Numbered from the stretch's first letter, positions 30,760-40,560 are shown. The stretch: DNA of 64,000 nt from Bacteroidales bacterium (GCA_049969475.1 JBMFOU010000020.1:110-64109), one strand, 5' to 3'. Notes: a model not told the origin generated them from the sequence alone. Made by a program: numbers and translations.

Positions 30760-30792
30760 TCTATTGACAAAGAAAAAGTTAAATATTGCCCT

Positions 30793-31647
30793 ATGAAAAG
30801 GATGTTATTTTCAATGCTGTTTATACTCGGCTTTCTGGGTGTAAAAGCTTTCCCTACGGCAAATCTTGTGAGCACGGCCGAGTTTATGGAACTTCTTAAG
30901 ACGAGCAAGGAGATGGTGGTGGTCGATTGCGATCGTCCTCAAAACTACGCCACACAGCATGTCAAGGGTGCTATCAATATCTGGCAACAAGATTTGTTTT
31001 CTGGTAAGCCCGATGGAATATTGAAGTCACCGGAAGAATTGGCTCAAATTTTTGGTGCCAAGGGAATCAGCGAGAAGGCGCCCATTATTCTTTATGACGA
31101 TGGTTCCAATAAATATACGGCAAGGCTTTATTTCGTTCTGAAGATGCTGGGAGCCCAAGATGTAAAGATTTTCTCCAAAAATATGCAGGAATGGAGTAAA
31201 TACCGCGTCCCCCTCACCTCACAGCCTACTACTTTACCCAAGACTACATTCAATCTTAATTTGAATAACGATATGCTGATTTCTATAGATGTTCTCAAGG
31301 GTAAATTAAATGAGGGCGGCTTTACGTTAATTGATACGCGTAAACTGGAGGAGTTTGCCGGACAGACCGATAAAAGCAAAGGTCACTTGCCCGGAGCTAT
31401 TCACATCGATTATCGTGATTTTCTTGATACAAACAATAATTTTAAAAATGCCGATGAACTGAGGGCTATGCCTGTCATTAGTTCTCTCAATCCCGAGCAG
31501 GAGATCATTTTGTACTGCAATTCAGGGGTATTGGCCTCTGTAGGCTATTATGCCCTGAAAGAAGTGCTTGGTTTTCCCAAAGTAAAAATTCTCAACGGAG
31601 GGTATAACCACTGGGTGCTTGACGAAAATAACCCTGTTGTGAAATAG
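30793..31647 (+). CDS. Secreted tandem-rhodanese sulfurtransferase (inactive N-domain, active C-domain)
   Basis: Signal peptide. The first domain has Asp at the Cys position (ILYDDGSNKY). The second has LYCNSGVLAS. This is the classic thiosulfate/3-MST architecture. Confidence 0.75.
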   Translation: MKRMLFSMLFILGFLGVKAFPTANLVSTAEFMELLKTSKEMVVVDCDRPQNYATQHVKGAINIWQQDLFSGKPDGILKSPEELAQIFGAKGISEKAPIILYDDGSNKYTARLYFVLKMLGAQDVKIFSKNMQEWSKYRVPLTSQPTTLPKTTFNLNLNNDMLISIDVLKGKLNEGGFTLIDTRKLEEFAGQTDKSKGHLPGAIHIDYRDFLDTNNNFKNADELRAMPVISSLNPEQEIILYCNSGVLASVGYYALKEVLGFPKVKILNGGYNHWVLDENNPVVK

Positions 31648-31667
31648 TAATCGCTTAATGGCTGGTA

Positions 31668-31708
31668 ATGGGGCTGTCTCGAAAGGGGCAGTCCCATTTT
31701 TGTTTTTT
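31668..31708 (+). terminator. Rho-independent terminator of the rhodanese operon
   Basis: atggggctg pairs with cagtcccat (9 bp including one G-U), followed by tttttgtttttt. Confidence 0.7.
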
Positions 31709-31826
31709 AAAATTAATATGAAGAATTTCAGACCTATATTTTCACAATATTTTGGAAGCTTTTGATAAACAGATTAATTTTGTGAAGCCTAAAGTATCGC
31801 AAAGTTATTTTATACTAAAAATTAAT

Positions 31827-33848
31827 ATGTTACCTAAAGGCCTGCTATTGGCAATTATTTCAGTGTTTTTTATTTGGGTTCCTTCCTCGGGTCAGTTGCA
31901 GATTGTCCCACTTACCCGAAGCGATTCGGCTCGATTAGTAGAATGGAAATTAATGGCTGCGCAGCAACAGAAAACTGGTGACCTGCGGGAAGAGAGCCGG
32001 TATTACGATCTGATTGCTTTTCTTTATTGGGAACATAATTTTACCGAGCAAGCCATTGAATGGTATAAAAAATCCCTTGTTATCAATCAGAAGCTTGAAA
32101 ATCAGGCGGGTATATCAATGATTAATAGTAATTTGGGAATGCTCTATGCCGACCTCAAGCAGTATGAAAAATCATTGGAGCATTTCAACCAAACCCTCAA
32201 CTACCGCCAAATGATAAAAGATAAGGTGGGGATTATTACCACCCGAATCAACATCTCTGTAGTTTTGAATAACTTAGGTAGATTTGAGGAAAGTGCCCGC
32301 AACTTGCTTGAAGCACTTACATTGGCACGCGAGCTCAACGACATGGACCAGATGAAGAGCTGTTATGGCATGCTTTCGGAGACCTATGAAAAGGCGCGCC
32401 AGCCTGATAAAGCCAAATATTACTTCGACCTTTACCGAACCTTCCACGAAGAATTGCAAAGGCAAAAAGAAGCTAAAGCAAAAAAAATAGTAGAGGAAAC
32501 GCAACTTCAGTTGCAACTTACAGAAGCAGAAAAACGGAATAAAGAGCTAGAACTTCTCCTTAAGCAAAAAGAATTGAGCGAAGCTGAGCAAGAACTTAAA
32601 ACAGCCGGCGAACGACAAAAAAACCTTTACGATAACCTCACACGCTCCGAGTTGCGCAACGAGCTGCTAAAGCGTGACAACGAGTTGAAAAATGCAGAGT
32701 TGAAAAATGCGGCAGAAAAATCCGCTCGTCAACGTACCCAATTGTTATCGTTGGCTTTCATACTTTTCTTACTGTTGGCCCTGACGGTTGTAGTGTGGAG
32801 GGCTTATCTGAACAAAAAGAAAACCAATCGTTTACTGGCTGAACAAAAGGCTGAAATAGAGCGTCAAAAAAACGCCATCGAGTCGGCTTATCAGCAATTG
32901 CGCGAACTCACTGATTTCAAGGAGGGAATTCGTTCCATGATTGTTCACGACCTAAAAAATCCCTTAAACGCCATACTTAACCCTCCTTCGCACTACAAAG
33001 AAAGTCTGCGTTTGGAGCTTGCTCACAGAGCAGGAAGGCAGATGCTTAACCTGGTGATGAATTTTCTGGATGTTCAAAAATTTGAAGAGAACAAGCTTCC
33101 TCTAGAAATACAGGCATGTAACCTCTCGGCTCTGGCCCGACTTGCCGTCGACGAGACAAGTTTCTTGGGACAGTCACGGGGCCTGGTATTCCTGGTCAAT
33201 ATTCCCGAAAATATTGTTGGTCAATGTGACCCGGAAATTATAAAGAGGGTACTGGTCAATTTGTTGACTAATGCCATAAAATATGCTTTTCCCCAGAGCG
33301 AAATCACCATTCACGGGGTTTTTGACGAGGAGCGTGGAGTGGCCCGGATTTCGGTAACCAATGCGGGTGAGGGGATTTCCTCAGAGTTTCTTCCCCGGGT
33401 TTTCGATAAGTTTGCCCAGGGAGATGCCCGAGAGTCGGGGGCCATTAAAAGCACTGGCCTGGGCCTCACTTTTTGCAAGTTGGCTGTGGAAGCTCACAAG
33501 GGCCAAATTGGTGTGGAAAGCACACCGGGTAAGACCACCACATTTTGGTTTACCCTTCCGGCCCAATGGGTTGATACCTCTGCTGAAGGAGAAGTAATAG
33601 TAGTTCCACCCTTTGTGAACTTGCAGCCTGAATTAAACCGAGAGGAACTTCAGCTAATTCGAGCAGTAGTGGCACAATTAAAATCAGTCCCCATGCATAA
33701 AATTTCCCTTATTCGAAAGATTATAGCACCTTTGCGTCAAAAACCCAGCGATGGTATCTTGCAATGGCTCGAGGCCTTTTATTTTATTCTCGAAACTAAT
33801 GACTCCCAGAAATATTCTAATTTCCTGATGAACTATGCCAAACCTTGA
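31827..33848 (+). CDS. TPR-repeat sensor histidine kinase (periplasmic/extracytoplasmic TPR, coiled coil, one TM, HisKA + HATPase)
   Basis: TPR-like repeats (YYDLIAFLYWEHNFTEQAIEWYKKSL ...). TM LLSLAFILFLLLALTVVVW, H-box MIVHDLKNPLNAI, G-boxes GLGLTFCK. ATG 31827 preferred over TTG 31752. Confidence 0.8.
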   Translation: MLPKGLLLAIISVFFIWVPSSGQLQIVPLTRSDSARLVEWKLMAAQQQKTGDLREESRYYDLIAFLYWEHNFTEQAIEWYKKSLVINQKLENQAGISMINSNLGMLYADLKQYEKSLEHFNQTLNYRQMIKDKVGIITTRINISVVLNNLGRFEESARNLLEALTLARELNDMDQMKSCYGMLSETYEKARQPDKAKYYFDLYRTFHEELQRQKEAKAKKIVEETQLQLQLTEAEKRNKELELLLKQKELSEAEQELKTAGERQKNLYDNLTRSELRNELLKRDNELKNAELKNAAEKSARQRTQLLSLAFILFLLLALTVVVWRAYLNKKKTNRLLAEQKAEIERQKNAIESAYQQLRELTDFKEGIRSMIVHDLKNPLNAILNPPSHYKESLRLELAHRAGRQMLNLVMNFLDVQKFEENKLPLEIQACNLSALARLAVDETSFLGQSRGLVFLVNIPENIVGQCDPEIIKRVLVNLLTNAIKYAFPQSEITIHGVFDEERGVARISVTNAGEGISSEFLPRVFDKFAQGDARESGAIKSTGLGLTFCKLAVEAHKGQIGVESTPGKTTTFWFTLPAQWVDTSAEGEVIVVPPFVNLQPELNREELQLIRAVVAQLKSVPMHKISLIRKIIAPLRQKPSDGILQWLEAFYFILETNDSQKYSNFLMNYAKP

Positions 33849-34956
33849 TATGCCTCATAAAATCCTTATTATCGACGACCAAATTAGCTTCATCAATTAC
33901 ATGGTAGAAGTGTTGGAAAAAGCCTATCCCAGTTATGAGATTTTCCAAACTACAGACCCCCGCAAAGCTTATGACATTGGCCGTTTGGAATTACCCAATC
34001 TCATCATACTCGACTGGGCTATGCCCGGACTCTCGGGCATTGAATTGATGAAGCAATTGAAAGCCGATGAAATATTGAAGGACATCCCTGTAATCATGTG
34101 CACAGGTGTAATGACTAAATCGGCCCATTTGCAAGAAGCTTTTGCCGCCGGTGCAGTTGATTTTATTCGAAAACCCATCGATGAGCTTGAGCTGATTGCA
34201 CGCGTAAATTCAGTAATGCAACTATCAGATAGTTTCAGGGAGATAAAGACTTTGCTGGCCCATCGCGAAAAGCTTTTTAGTATTGTAGCCCACGATTTGC
34301 GAGGGCCTATTGGAAACCTCGCCCCCATGATGGATGTAATCCTGAGTCAACCCAACCTCAATTTAGACGAAAGCAGCCGGGCACTTTTGGAGTCGAGTCG
34401 AGAGACCGTACGCGATACCGTGAGCATGCTCGAAGATATCCTACTCTGGGCCAATAACCAGCGAAACCGACTCCAGTTTGAGTTTCAGCTACAGGACCTC
34501 GTCTACCTCTTACGAAGTCAGTTGCCCTTTTGGAAAACCATGGCGCTAAGTAAAAAAATTGAAATTAAGATCGAAGCTCCGCAGCAGGCTTATGCCTACT
34601 TCGATTACAATAGTGTGAAAACCATATTACGCAACCTGGTAAACAATGCTATTAAATTTTCGCATGAAGGGGGAACTATATTTATTACCATTCAACCAGG
34701 AATCGACACTACTTATGTAAGTGTGAAGGATGAAGGAGTGGGAATAAACCCGGAAAATCTTTCCCGTATTTTTAATACCGGAGAACATTTTAGTACCTAT
34801 GGAACCAGCGGAGAAAGGGGCAGTGGACTGGGATTGCTTCTGTGCCGCGAGCTTATTGAACGCAATAAAGGAGAAATTGGTGTTGAAAGTATTCCCGGAC
34901 AGGGTAGTAATTTCTTTTTTAGCCTTCCCAACCACGATCCAGATGAGATTCATTAA
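33835..34956 (+). CDS. Hybrid response regulator-histidine kinase (REC + HisKA + HATPase)
   Basis: REC: ILIIDD, LIILDWAMPGLSG, RKP. H-box SIVAHDLRGPIGNL. GSGLGLLLCR. Overlaps the upstream kinase by 14 nt. Confidence 0.85.
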   Translation: MPNLDMPHKILIIDDQISFINYMVEVLEKAYPSYEIFQTTDPRKAYDIGRLELPNLIILDWAMPGLSGIELMKQLKADEILKDIPVIMCTGVMTKSAHLQEAFAAGAVDFIRKPIDELELIARVNSVMQLSDSFREIKTLLAHREKLFSIVAHDLRGPIGNLAPMMDVILSQPNLNLDESSRALLESSRETVRDTVSMLEDILLWANNQRNRLQFEFQLQDLVYLLRSQLPFWKTMALSKKIEIKIEAPQQAYAYFDYNSVKTILRNLVNNAIKFSHEGGTIFITIQPGIDTTYVSVKDEGVGINPENLSRIFNTGEHFSTYGTSGERGSGLGLLLCRELIERNKGEIGVESIPGQGSNFFFSLPNHDPDEIH

Positions 34957-34985
34957 TCTGTCACCGATTAAAAATAAAAGCCATT

Positions 34986-36716
34986 ATGAGAAGAAAATTT
35001 CCTCTAATGTCCTTATTCCTGCTAATTTTCTGGGTACTCAGCGGGCAGGAACTTGTAATTCCTGAAAAGAGCTTTTTCATTGATTCTTTGCATCGGTTTT
35101 ATACCCAAACCGACTTACCCCTATATGTGCAGATAGCTTCAAAACCCGGTGACCCCAGTCCAGTAACCCTTTCTCAAACCGATCATGCAGATAAAGATAA
35201 TGTGTTGATTCCTATGTATATGGATGGCAACGGTAAGCATACTCTCAGGCACAAAGATGCTCTGCATAATACCGAGAACGTGTTTGTAATTTATGCTGAC
35301 GGAACTCCACCTTCCAGTTCTTCCCTTTTTACTGGTGCACCGGTATACACGGCAGGTGGAAAAATCTATTACGGCAAAAATTTAACCGTTACACTTTCAA
35401 CCCGTGATGATTTGTCAGGGGTAAAAGCTTTTCTTTATTCTCTCAATGGGGAAAAATATCACCAATACCTCAGACCCCTTATTGTTGACAAGGAGGGTAA
35501 CCACATCCTGAAATATTATGCCTTCGACCAGGTAGGAAATGTAGAAAACCTGAATGAACGTGCCTTCACTGTCGATTTAACTCCTCCGGTTACTGAGCAC
35601 AAAACTGGAGGTGTTACTTTGCAAGGAAAAATACTTTCGGCATCCTCCGATATTTGGCTCGAATCGAGTGACAACATTAGCGGTGTGGACATTACCCGGT
35701 TTGGTTTTAATGATGAAGGAGAAAAATTATACTTGGGTGGCAAAATCAATTTTACTTATCTGCCTGAGGGCGAAAATACCCTTTGGTTTTATTCGGTAGA
35801 CAAAGTCAGAAATGTTGAGGAAAAAAGAAAATTTGAGTTTTTCTATGATAAGACACCTCCTATTATTGCCACGGATATTTTAGGCGATCGATTTATTGTT
35901 AACGATAGGATTTATTTTAGTGGTCGTACTAAACTGAAAATAACGGCAGTTGATAACAAAACGGGAATCAAGACATTGCGTTATGCAATCAACGATTTAA
36001 ATTTCAAGGACTATGAAGAACCCTTCTACCTTCCTTCCAGGCAGGGTATTCACATCGTTCGCTATTATGCCGTCGATAGCCTGGATAATGCAACGGCCGA
36101 CCTAAAGAATCTTCGATTTGAGGAATTTAAGCATAATGTGAGTAAAATATTTGTAGACCTTACAGGTCCCTCGCTTGAATATGCCTACGACGGCCCCAAC
36201 TACACCAGCCGGGATACAGTTTTTATTAACGATAAAACCCGTATTCGCTTGAGCTTCACTGATGCAGAATCGGGGCCCCAACACCTGGCCTATGCCAAAG
36301 ACGGAAATCCCGCAGAAATAGATTACACTGGTCCATTCTCGATTCATGAAGCAGGTTGGCATACCATCCAAATTGTGGGCTATGATAATGTGAATAACCG
36401 TAACCAGAGAGTATTTGGTTTTGTGGTGGACAACAAGGCTCCGGTTATTGATTTCAGATTTAGCGTACAGCCTATTGGAAAAAGAGAAGGACTAGATGTT
36501 TATCCTCCTTTCGTAGCCCTTTATCTTGCCCCCCATGATGACCTCTCAGGCATCGAAAGGGTAGGCTGGTCACTCAATGGGGCACCTGAGCAGCCTTATC
36601 AAAGTCGTATCGCAGGTTTTTCCCGGGGGCAGAAACACCGGCTGATTGTTACTGCTTCCGATAAACTGGGAAATACATCCACAAAGACTTTTGAATTTTA
36701 TATAAATGAAAAATAA
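34986..36716 (+). CDS. Secreted protein made of about five Ig-like (OmpL47/chitobiase-C-like) repeats
   Basis: Signal peptide. A recurring ~95-aa unit ends in YYAFDQVGNVE / FYSVDKVRNVE / YYAVDSLDNAT / IVGYDNVNNRN / VTASDKLGNTS, each preceded by D..SG(V/I). Confidence 0.6.
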   Translation: MRRKFPLMSLFLLIFWVLSGQELVIPEKSFFIDSLHRFYTQTDLPLYVQIASKPGDPSPVTLSQTDHADKDNVLIPMYMDGNGKHTLRHKDALHNTENVFVIYADGTPPSSSSLFTGAPVYTAGGKIYYGKNLTVTLSTRDDLSGVKAFLYSLNGEKYHQYLRPLIVDKEGNHILKYYAFDQVGNVENLNERAFTVDLTPPVTEHKTGGVTLQGKILSASSDIWLESSDNISGVDITRFGFNDEGEKLYLGGKINFTYLPEGENTLWFYSVDKVRNVEEKRKFEFFYDKTPPIIATDILGDRFIVNDRIYFSGRTKLKITAVDNKTGIKTLRYAINDLNFKDYEEPFYLPSRQGIHIVRYYAVDSLDNATADLKNLRFEEFKHNVSKIFVDLTGPSLEYAYDGPNYTSRDTVFINDKTRIRLSFTDAESGPQHLAYAKDGNPAEIDYTGPFSIHEAGWHTIQIVGYDNVNNRNQRVFGFVVDNKAPVIDFRFSVQPIGKREGLDVYPPFVALYLAPHDDLSGIERVGWSLNGAPEQPYQSRIAGFSRGQKHRLIVTASDKLGNTSTKTFEFYINEK

Positions 36717-36738
36717 CGCACAGGCAAAAGCCTGATGG

Positions 36739-36766
36739 GCCGGCTTCCGGAAGGCAGCCGGCTTTT
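36739..36766 (+). terminator. Rho-independent terminator
   Basis: gccggct pairs with agccggc, followed by tttt. Confidence 0.6.
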
Positions 36767-36769
36767 CTG

Positions 36770-36777
36770 TATTTTTG
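36770..36777 (+). promoter_or_regulatory. -7 promoter box (TAttTTTG) for ispH
   Basis: tatttttg, 14 nt upstream of ATG 36791. Confidence 0.45.
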
Positions 36778-36790
36778 CACCAAAAACCGC

Positions 36791-37654
36791 ATGGAAATCA
36801 TTATTGACCCCGACAGCGGATTTTGTTTCGGGGTTCGTAGAGCCATACAATTAGCTGAGGATAATTTATCCGATGGACCTCTAACCTGCCTGGGCGATAT
36901 GGTGCACAACGAGGCTGAGGTGGCCCGCCTGGAAGCCCTGGGAATGCAGACTTTTCGCCCATCGCGTGATAACAAGTGGCCAGGGGGAAGGGTACTGATT
37001 CGTGCCCATGGCGAACCCCCAGAAACTTATGCGCGACTTCGTGACTCCGGCGCTCAGGTCATTGATGCCACCTGTCCTATCGTCCTTCGATTGCAGGAGA
37101 AAGTTAAAAAAGCGTTTGAGGCATCCCGACAGACCGGTTCGCAAATCCTCATCTATGGAAAACAAGGACATCCTGAGGTAATGGGGCTGAACGGACAAAC
37201 CGGATACCGGGCCCTCGTGATTTCAGACGAATCTGATTTTGATGCTATAGATTTCGACAAGTCAGCAGAGTTGTTCAGCCAGACCACTATGGATGCTGAG
37301 TCATACACTCGATTGGCCGAAAAGCTTAGAATCAGGTTCACTGCGAAAGGACAGACACTGAAGGTACATCCTAGTTCGTGCAGGCAGGTCTCAGGCCGCG
37401 TAGAGGGTCTGCGGAAGTTTGCTGTCAGTGTCGATGTGGTCGTGTTTGTCAGTGGCCGCCATTCGAGCAATGGGAAGGCACTCTTCGAGGTTTGCAGGGC
37501 GGTGAATGCCAGAACCTACCACGTATCGGCGCCCAGCGAACTAGACCCAGCCTGGTTTTCAGGGGCTCAGCGCTGTGGCATAAGCGGTGCTACCAGCACA
37601 CCTCCCTGGCTGTTGGAACAGGTGGCCCATGCCATTCGTACCCTAACCTCTTAA
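36791..37654 (+). CDS. ispH: 4-hydroxy-3-methylbut-2-enyl diphosphate reductase
   Basis: GFCFGVRRAI, ATCPIV, and the third Cys in PSSCRQV. 287 aa. Confidence 0.93.
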   Translation: MEIIIDPDSGFCFGVRRAIQLAEDNLSDGPLTCLGDMVHNEAEVARLEALGMQTFRPSRDNKWPGGRVLIRAHGEPPETYARLRDSGAQVIDATCPIVLRLQEKVKKAFEASRQTGSQILIYGKQGHPEVMGLNGQTGYRALVISDESDFDAIDFDKSAELFSQTTMDAESYTRLAEKLRIRFTAKGQTLKVHPSSCRQVSGRVEGLRKFAVSVDVVVFVSGRHSSNGKALFEVCRAVNARTYHVSAPSELDPAWFSGAQRCGISGATSTPPWLLEQVAHAIRTLTS

Positions 37655-37673
37655 TGCGCTGTATTTTTGCATC

Positions 37674-38804
37674 ATGCATCTGCATAGTCTTAAATTAATC
37701 AATTTTAAGAATTACAAGGATTCCAGCTTGGTTTTTTCCCCTAAAATCAATTGCCTGGTTGGGCCCAATGGGGCAGGTAAAACCAATCTGCTCGATGCGG
37801 TTTATTATCTGTCGTTTACTCGTTCGTTTTTCAACCCCATCGATTATCAGAACATTCGCCATGGAGAGGAGTTTTTTGCTTTACATGGCGAGTATTTCAG
37901 GGATGGAGAGCAACACCACCTGGTAAGCTGTATTCAGAAAAAGGGACAGGCTAAGGAGTTTAGCCTCAATCAAAAAAGATATGAGCGGCTGGCTGACCAC
38001 ATTGGGCTCATTCCCCTGGTTATCGTCTCACCATACGATCGTGATTTAATAAACGATGGGAGTGAAATACGCCGAAAATATATCGATGGCGTCATCTCAC
38101 AATTCGACCACGCCTACCTCGATGACTTACTGACCTATAACCGTGCTTTGGCGAGCCGCAATGCTTTGTTGCGGCAATTTACCGATACTGGGGCTTTCGA
38201 TGCTTTTATGCTGGATATTTACACCCCTCAGCTTGTTAATACGGGCCAGCGTATTTATGAGAAAAGAAAGTCCTTTCTGCAAGCTTTTCTTCCGGTTTTC
38301 AACCATTTTTACAGGGAGATATCAGGTAATCGCGAAGAAGTTAATATTGTTTATCAAAGTCAGCTGAACGATGCTGGGATGCCACAACTACTCGAAGATT
38401 CGCTTGTCCGCGACCGGACCTTGCGCTATACTACGGTCGGTATTCATAAAGATGACCTTGAATTTCTGATTGGAGGATTTCCCGTTAAAAAATTTGGTTC
38501 TCAGGGACAGCAGAAGTCTTTTGTGGTAGCCATAAAGCTGGCTCAGTTTGAGTTTACACGCAGCATCATCGGCTATAAGCCCATTTTGCTGCTCGACGAT
38601 GTTTTCGACAAACTCGATGAGGAGAGGGTAAAAACGCTGATTCGGCTGGCTGGCGAGGAACAATTTGGCCAGGTGTTTATTACCGATACGCATCTATCGC
38701 GCATCAAGTCAATATTTAACGAAAGCTCCATCGACCATGCTATTTTTAGGGTACAAAGGGAAATGGAGGAGGGAAGCGCCCTGGTTGAAAAAGTAGGGGA
38801 GTAG
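37674..38804 (+). CDS. recF: DNA replication and repair protein RecF
   Basis: Walker A GPNGAGKTNLLDA, signature GSQGQQKSF, Walker B ILLLDDVFDKLD. Confidence 0.93.
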   Translation: MHLHSLKLINFKNYKDSSLVFSPKINCLVGPNGAGKTNLLDAVYYLSFTRSFFNPIDYQNIRHGEEFFALHGEYFRDGEQHHLVSCIQKKGQAKEFSLNQKRYERLADHIGLIPLVIVSPYDRDLINDGSEIRRKYIDGVISQFDHAYLDDLLTYNRALASRNALLRQFTDTGAFDAFMLDIYTPQLVNTGQRIYEKRKSFLQAFLPVFNHFYREISGNREEVNIVYQSQLNDAGMPQLLEDSLVRDRTLRYTTVGIHKDDLEFLIGGFPVKKFGSQGQQKSFVVAIKLAQFEFTRSIIGYKPILLLDDVFDKLDEERVKTLIRLAGEEQFGQVFITDTHLSRIKSIFNESSIDHAIFRVQREMEEGSALVEKVGE

Positions 38805-38829
38805 TACTTTTGGGGGAATGGAGTTAATT

Positions 38830-40302
38830 TTAGAGTTTAAACCACGACTCCACTCTTACGGTTTTATCTTTTGGTTCGTTGCGGTGTCTGAATTCGTTTT
38901 TGCGGGGATTGTAGATGTAGTCTCCACTCCAGCGTTCGGCATGCAATGCAATTTCACGTACAGCACCGGCTACAGTTTCCAATTCTTCGTCGGTCATCGT
39001 GGGATGCAACGAAAGCCTTACCCACCCCGGCTTCTCTGAAAGGTCTCCCTGGTTTATTTTTTCAGTGATACGCTTGCTTTGCTCGTAGCTTACATTCAAT
39101 AGAAAATGTCCATAAGTACCGGCACAGGCACATCCTCCACGCACCTGCACACCCCACAAATCATTCAGCAGTTTGACTGCCAGGTTGTAATGCACATTAT
39201 CAAGATAGAAAGAAAAAATGCCCAATCGGTCTTCTACGTGGTCGGCAAGAATATGCACGTGAGGAATGTCGCGAAACAATTGGAAAGCTTTCGATACGAG
39301 TTCTTTTTCCCTTTCGTGCATGCGTTGAGTGGTCATCTGGTTTTTCAGCTCAATGCTCAAGGCTGTGCGAATAGCTTGTAGAAATCCGGGAGTTCCTCCG
39401 TCCTCACGTAATTCAATGTCGTCGATGTATTTGTATTCTCCCCAGGGGTTGGTCCAGTCGACAGTACCACCGCCCGGCTGGTCGGGTGCCGGATTGTGAT
39501 AGAGCGAAGAGTCGAAAATGAGTACGCCGGAACTGCCTGGCCCACCCAGGAATTTATGAGGAGAGAAAAAAATGGCATCTAATTTTTCCATGGGATCGGC
39601 CGGATGCATGTTGATGTCGACATAAGGAGCCGAGGCTGCAAAATCCACAAAACAAACCCCGCCATATTCGTGCATCAGCCGTGCCATGGCATAATAGGGA
39701 GGCTGAATGCCAGTAACATTTGAGCAAGCCGAAAATGATCCGATTTTAAACTGTCGGTTGCCATATTCCTTGAGTTTGGCTTCCAGGTCGTTAAGGTCAA
39801 CAAAGAGGTCGGGTGTGTGTTTAATAATCACTACATCGGCCACAGTTTCGAGCCATGAGGTATGATTGCTGTGATGTTCCATATGCGTGATGAAAACCAC
39901 GGGTTTCTCCCTCATGCTCAAGCAACCAGTTTTGAAAAGCTGACCACAAAACTTAAGCCCTAAAATGCGCTGCAATTTGTTTATAACGCCTGTCATTCCG
40001 AAACCCGTTGTGATAATGACATCGTTGGGCCCGGCATTCACATGCTCTTTTATGAAATGATGCGCATAGTGATAGGCCTTGGTCATGAGTGTGCCGGTTT
40101 CGCTAGTCTCAGTATGCGTATTGGCAACCCAGGGACCGAAAGTATTGATGATGCGCTCTTCTATAGGGCGGTAAAGGCGTCCGCTGGCGATCCAATCGGC
40201 ATAAATCAACCGACGGGTGCCATAAGGTGTTTCGAAAAGCATTTCGTTTCCAATCGTGTTTTCGCGGAAGGGCCTAAACCAATGCTCAAGTTGGTGGTTC
40301 AT
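38830..40302 (-). CDS. Class V aminotransferase-fold PLP enzyme (cysteine desulfurase/selenocysteine lyase-like)
   Basis: PLP-Lys motif FSPHKFLGGPGSSGVL. A -7 box sits inside the ORF-track N-terminus, so ATG 40302 (MNHQLEHW) was chosen over 40347. Confidence 0.7.
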   Translation of the reverse strand: MNHQLEHWFRPFRENTIGNEMLFETPYGTRRLIYADWIASGRLYRPIEERIINTFGPWVANTHTETSETGTLMTKAYHYAHHFIKEHVNAGPNDVIITTGFGMTGVINKLQRILGLKFCGQLFKTGCLSMREKPVVFITHMEHHSNHTSWLETVADVVIIKHTPDLFVDLNDLEAKLKEYGNRQFKIGSFSACSNVTGIQPPYYAMARLMHEYGGVCFVDFAASAPYVDINMHPADPMEKLDAIFFSPHKFLGGPGSSGVLIFDSSLYHNPAPDQPGGGTVDWTNPWGEYKYIDDIELREDGGTPGFLQAIRTALSIELKNQMTTQRMHEREKELVSKAFQLFRDIPHVHILADHVEDRLGIFSFYLDNVHYNLAVKLLNDLWGVQVRGGCACAGTYGHFLLNVSYEQSKRITEKINQGDLSEKPGWVRLSLHPTMTDEELETVAGAVREIALHAERWSGDYIYNPRKNEFRHRNEPKDKTVRVESWFKL

Positions 40303-40325
40303 GGGTGCTAAAAATCGGATAGGAG

Positions 40326-40333
40326 CAAAAATA
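40326..40333 (-). promoter_or_regulatory. -7 promoter box (TAttTTTG) for the aminotransferase gene
   Basis: caaaaata on +, 24 nt upstream of ATG 40302. Confidence 0.45.
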
Positions 40334-40560
40334 CGGGTTTGAAGCACATGGGCAAAGCAACCTGTGCATCAGAAAAATTAGAGGATGGAGGAAATTTTAC
40401 AGGTGAATTTTGAAGGAATTTATATCATGTATTATTCATAAAATGTTGAAATACTTAGTTCTAGATTTAAATAAGAATTCCTTCTTTCGAAATCCCTATA
40501 GGACAAAATCTGATGTCATTTTCAGACTTTGTCTGATTGCTGCCGGCATTCTTCCATTAC

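Noticed and set aside
37662-37669. Perfect TAttTTTG box 4 nt upstream of the recF ATG.
   Set aside because: It is too close to serve recF, because the transcription start would fall inside the start codon region. recF is more likely co-transcribed with ispH, so the box is probably a chance match in AT-rich sequence.
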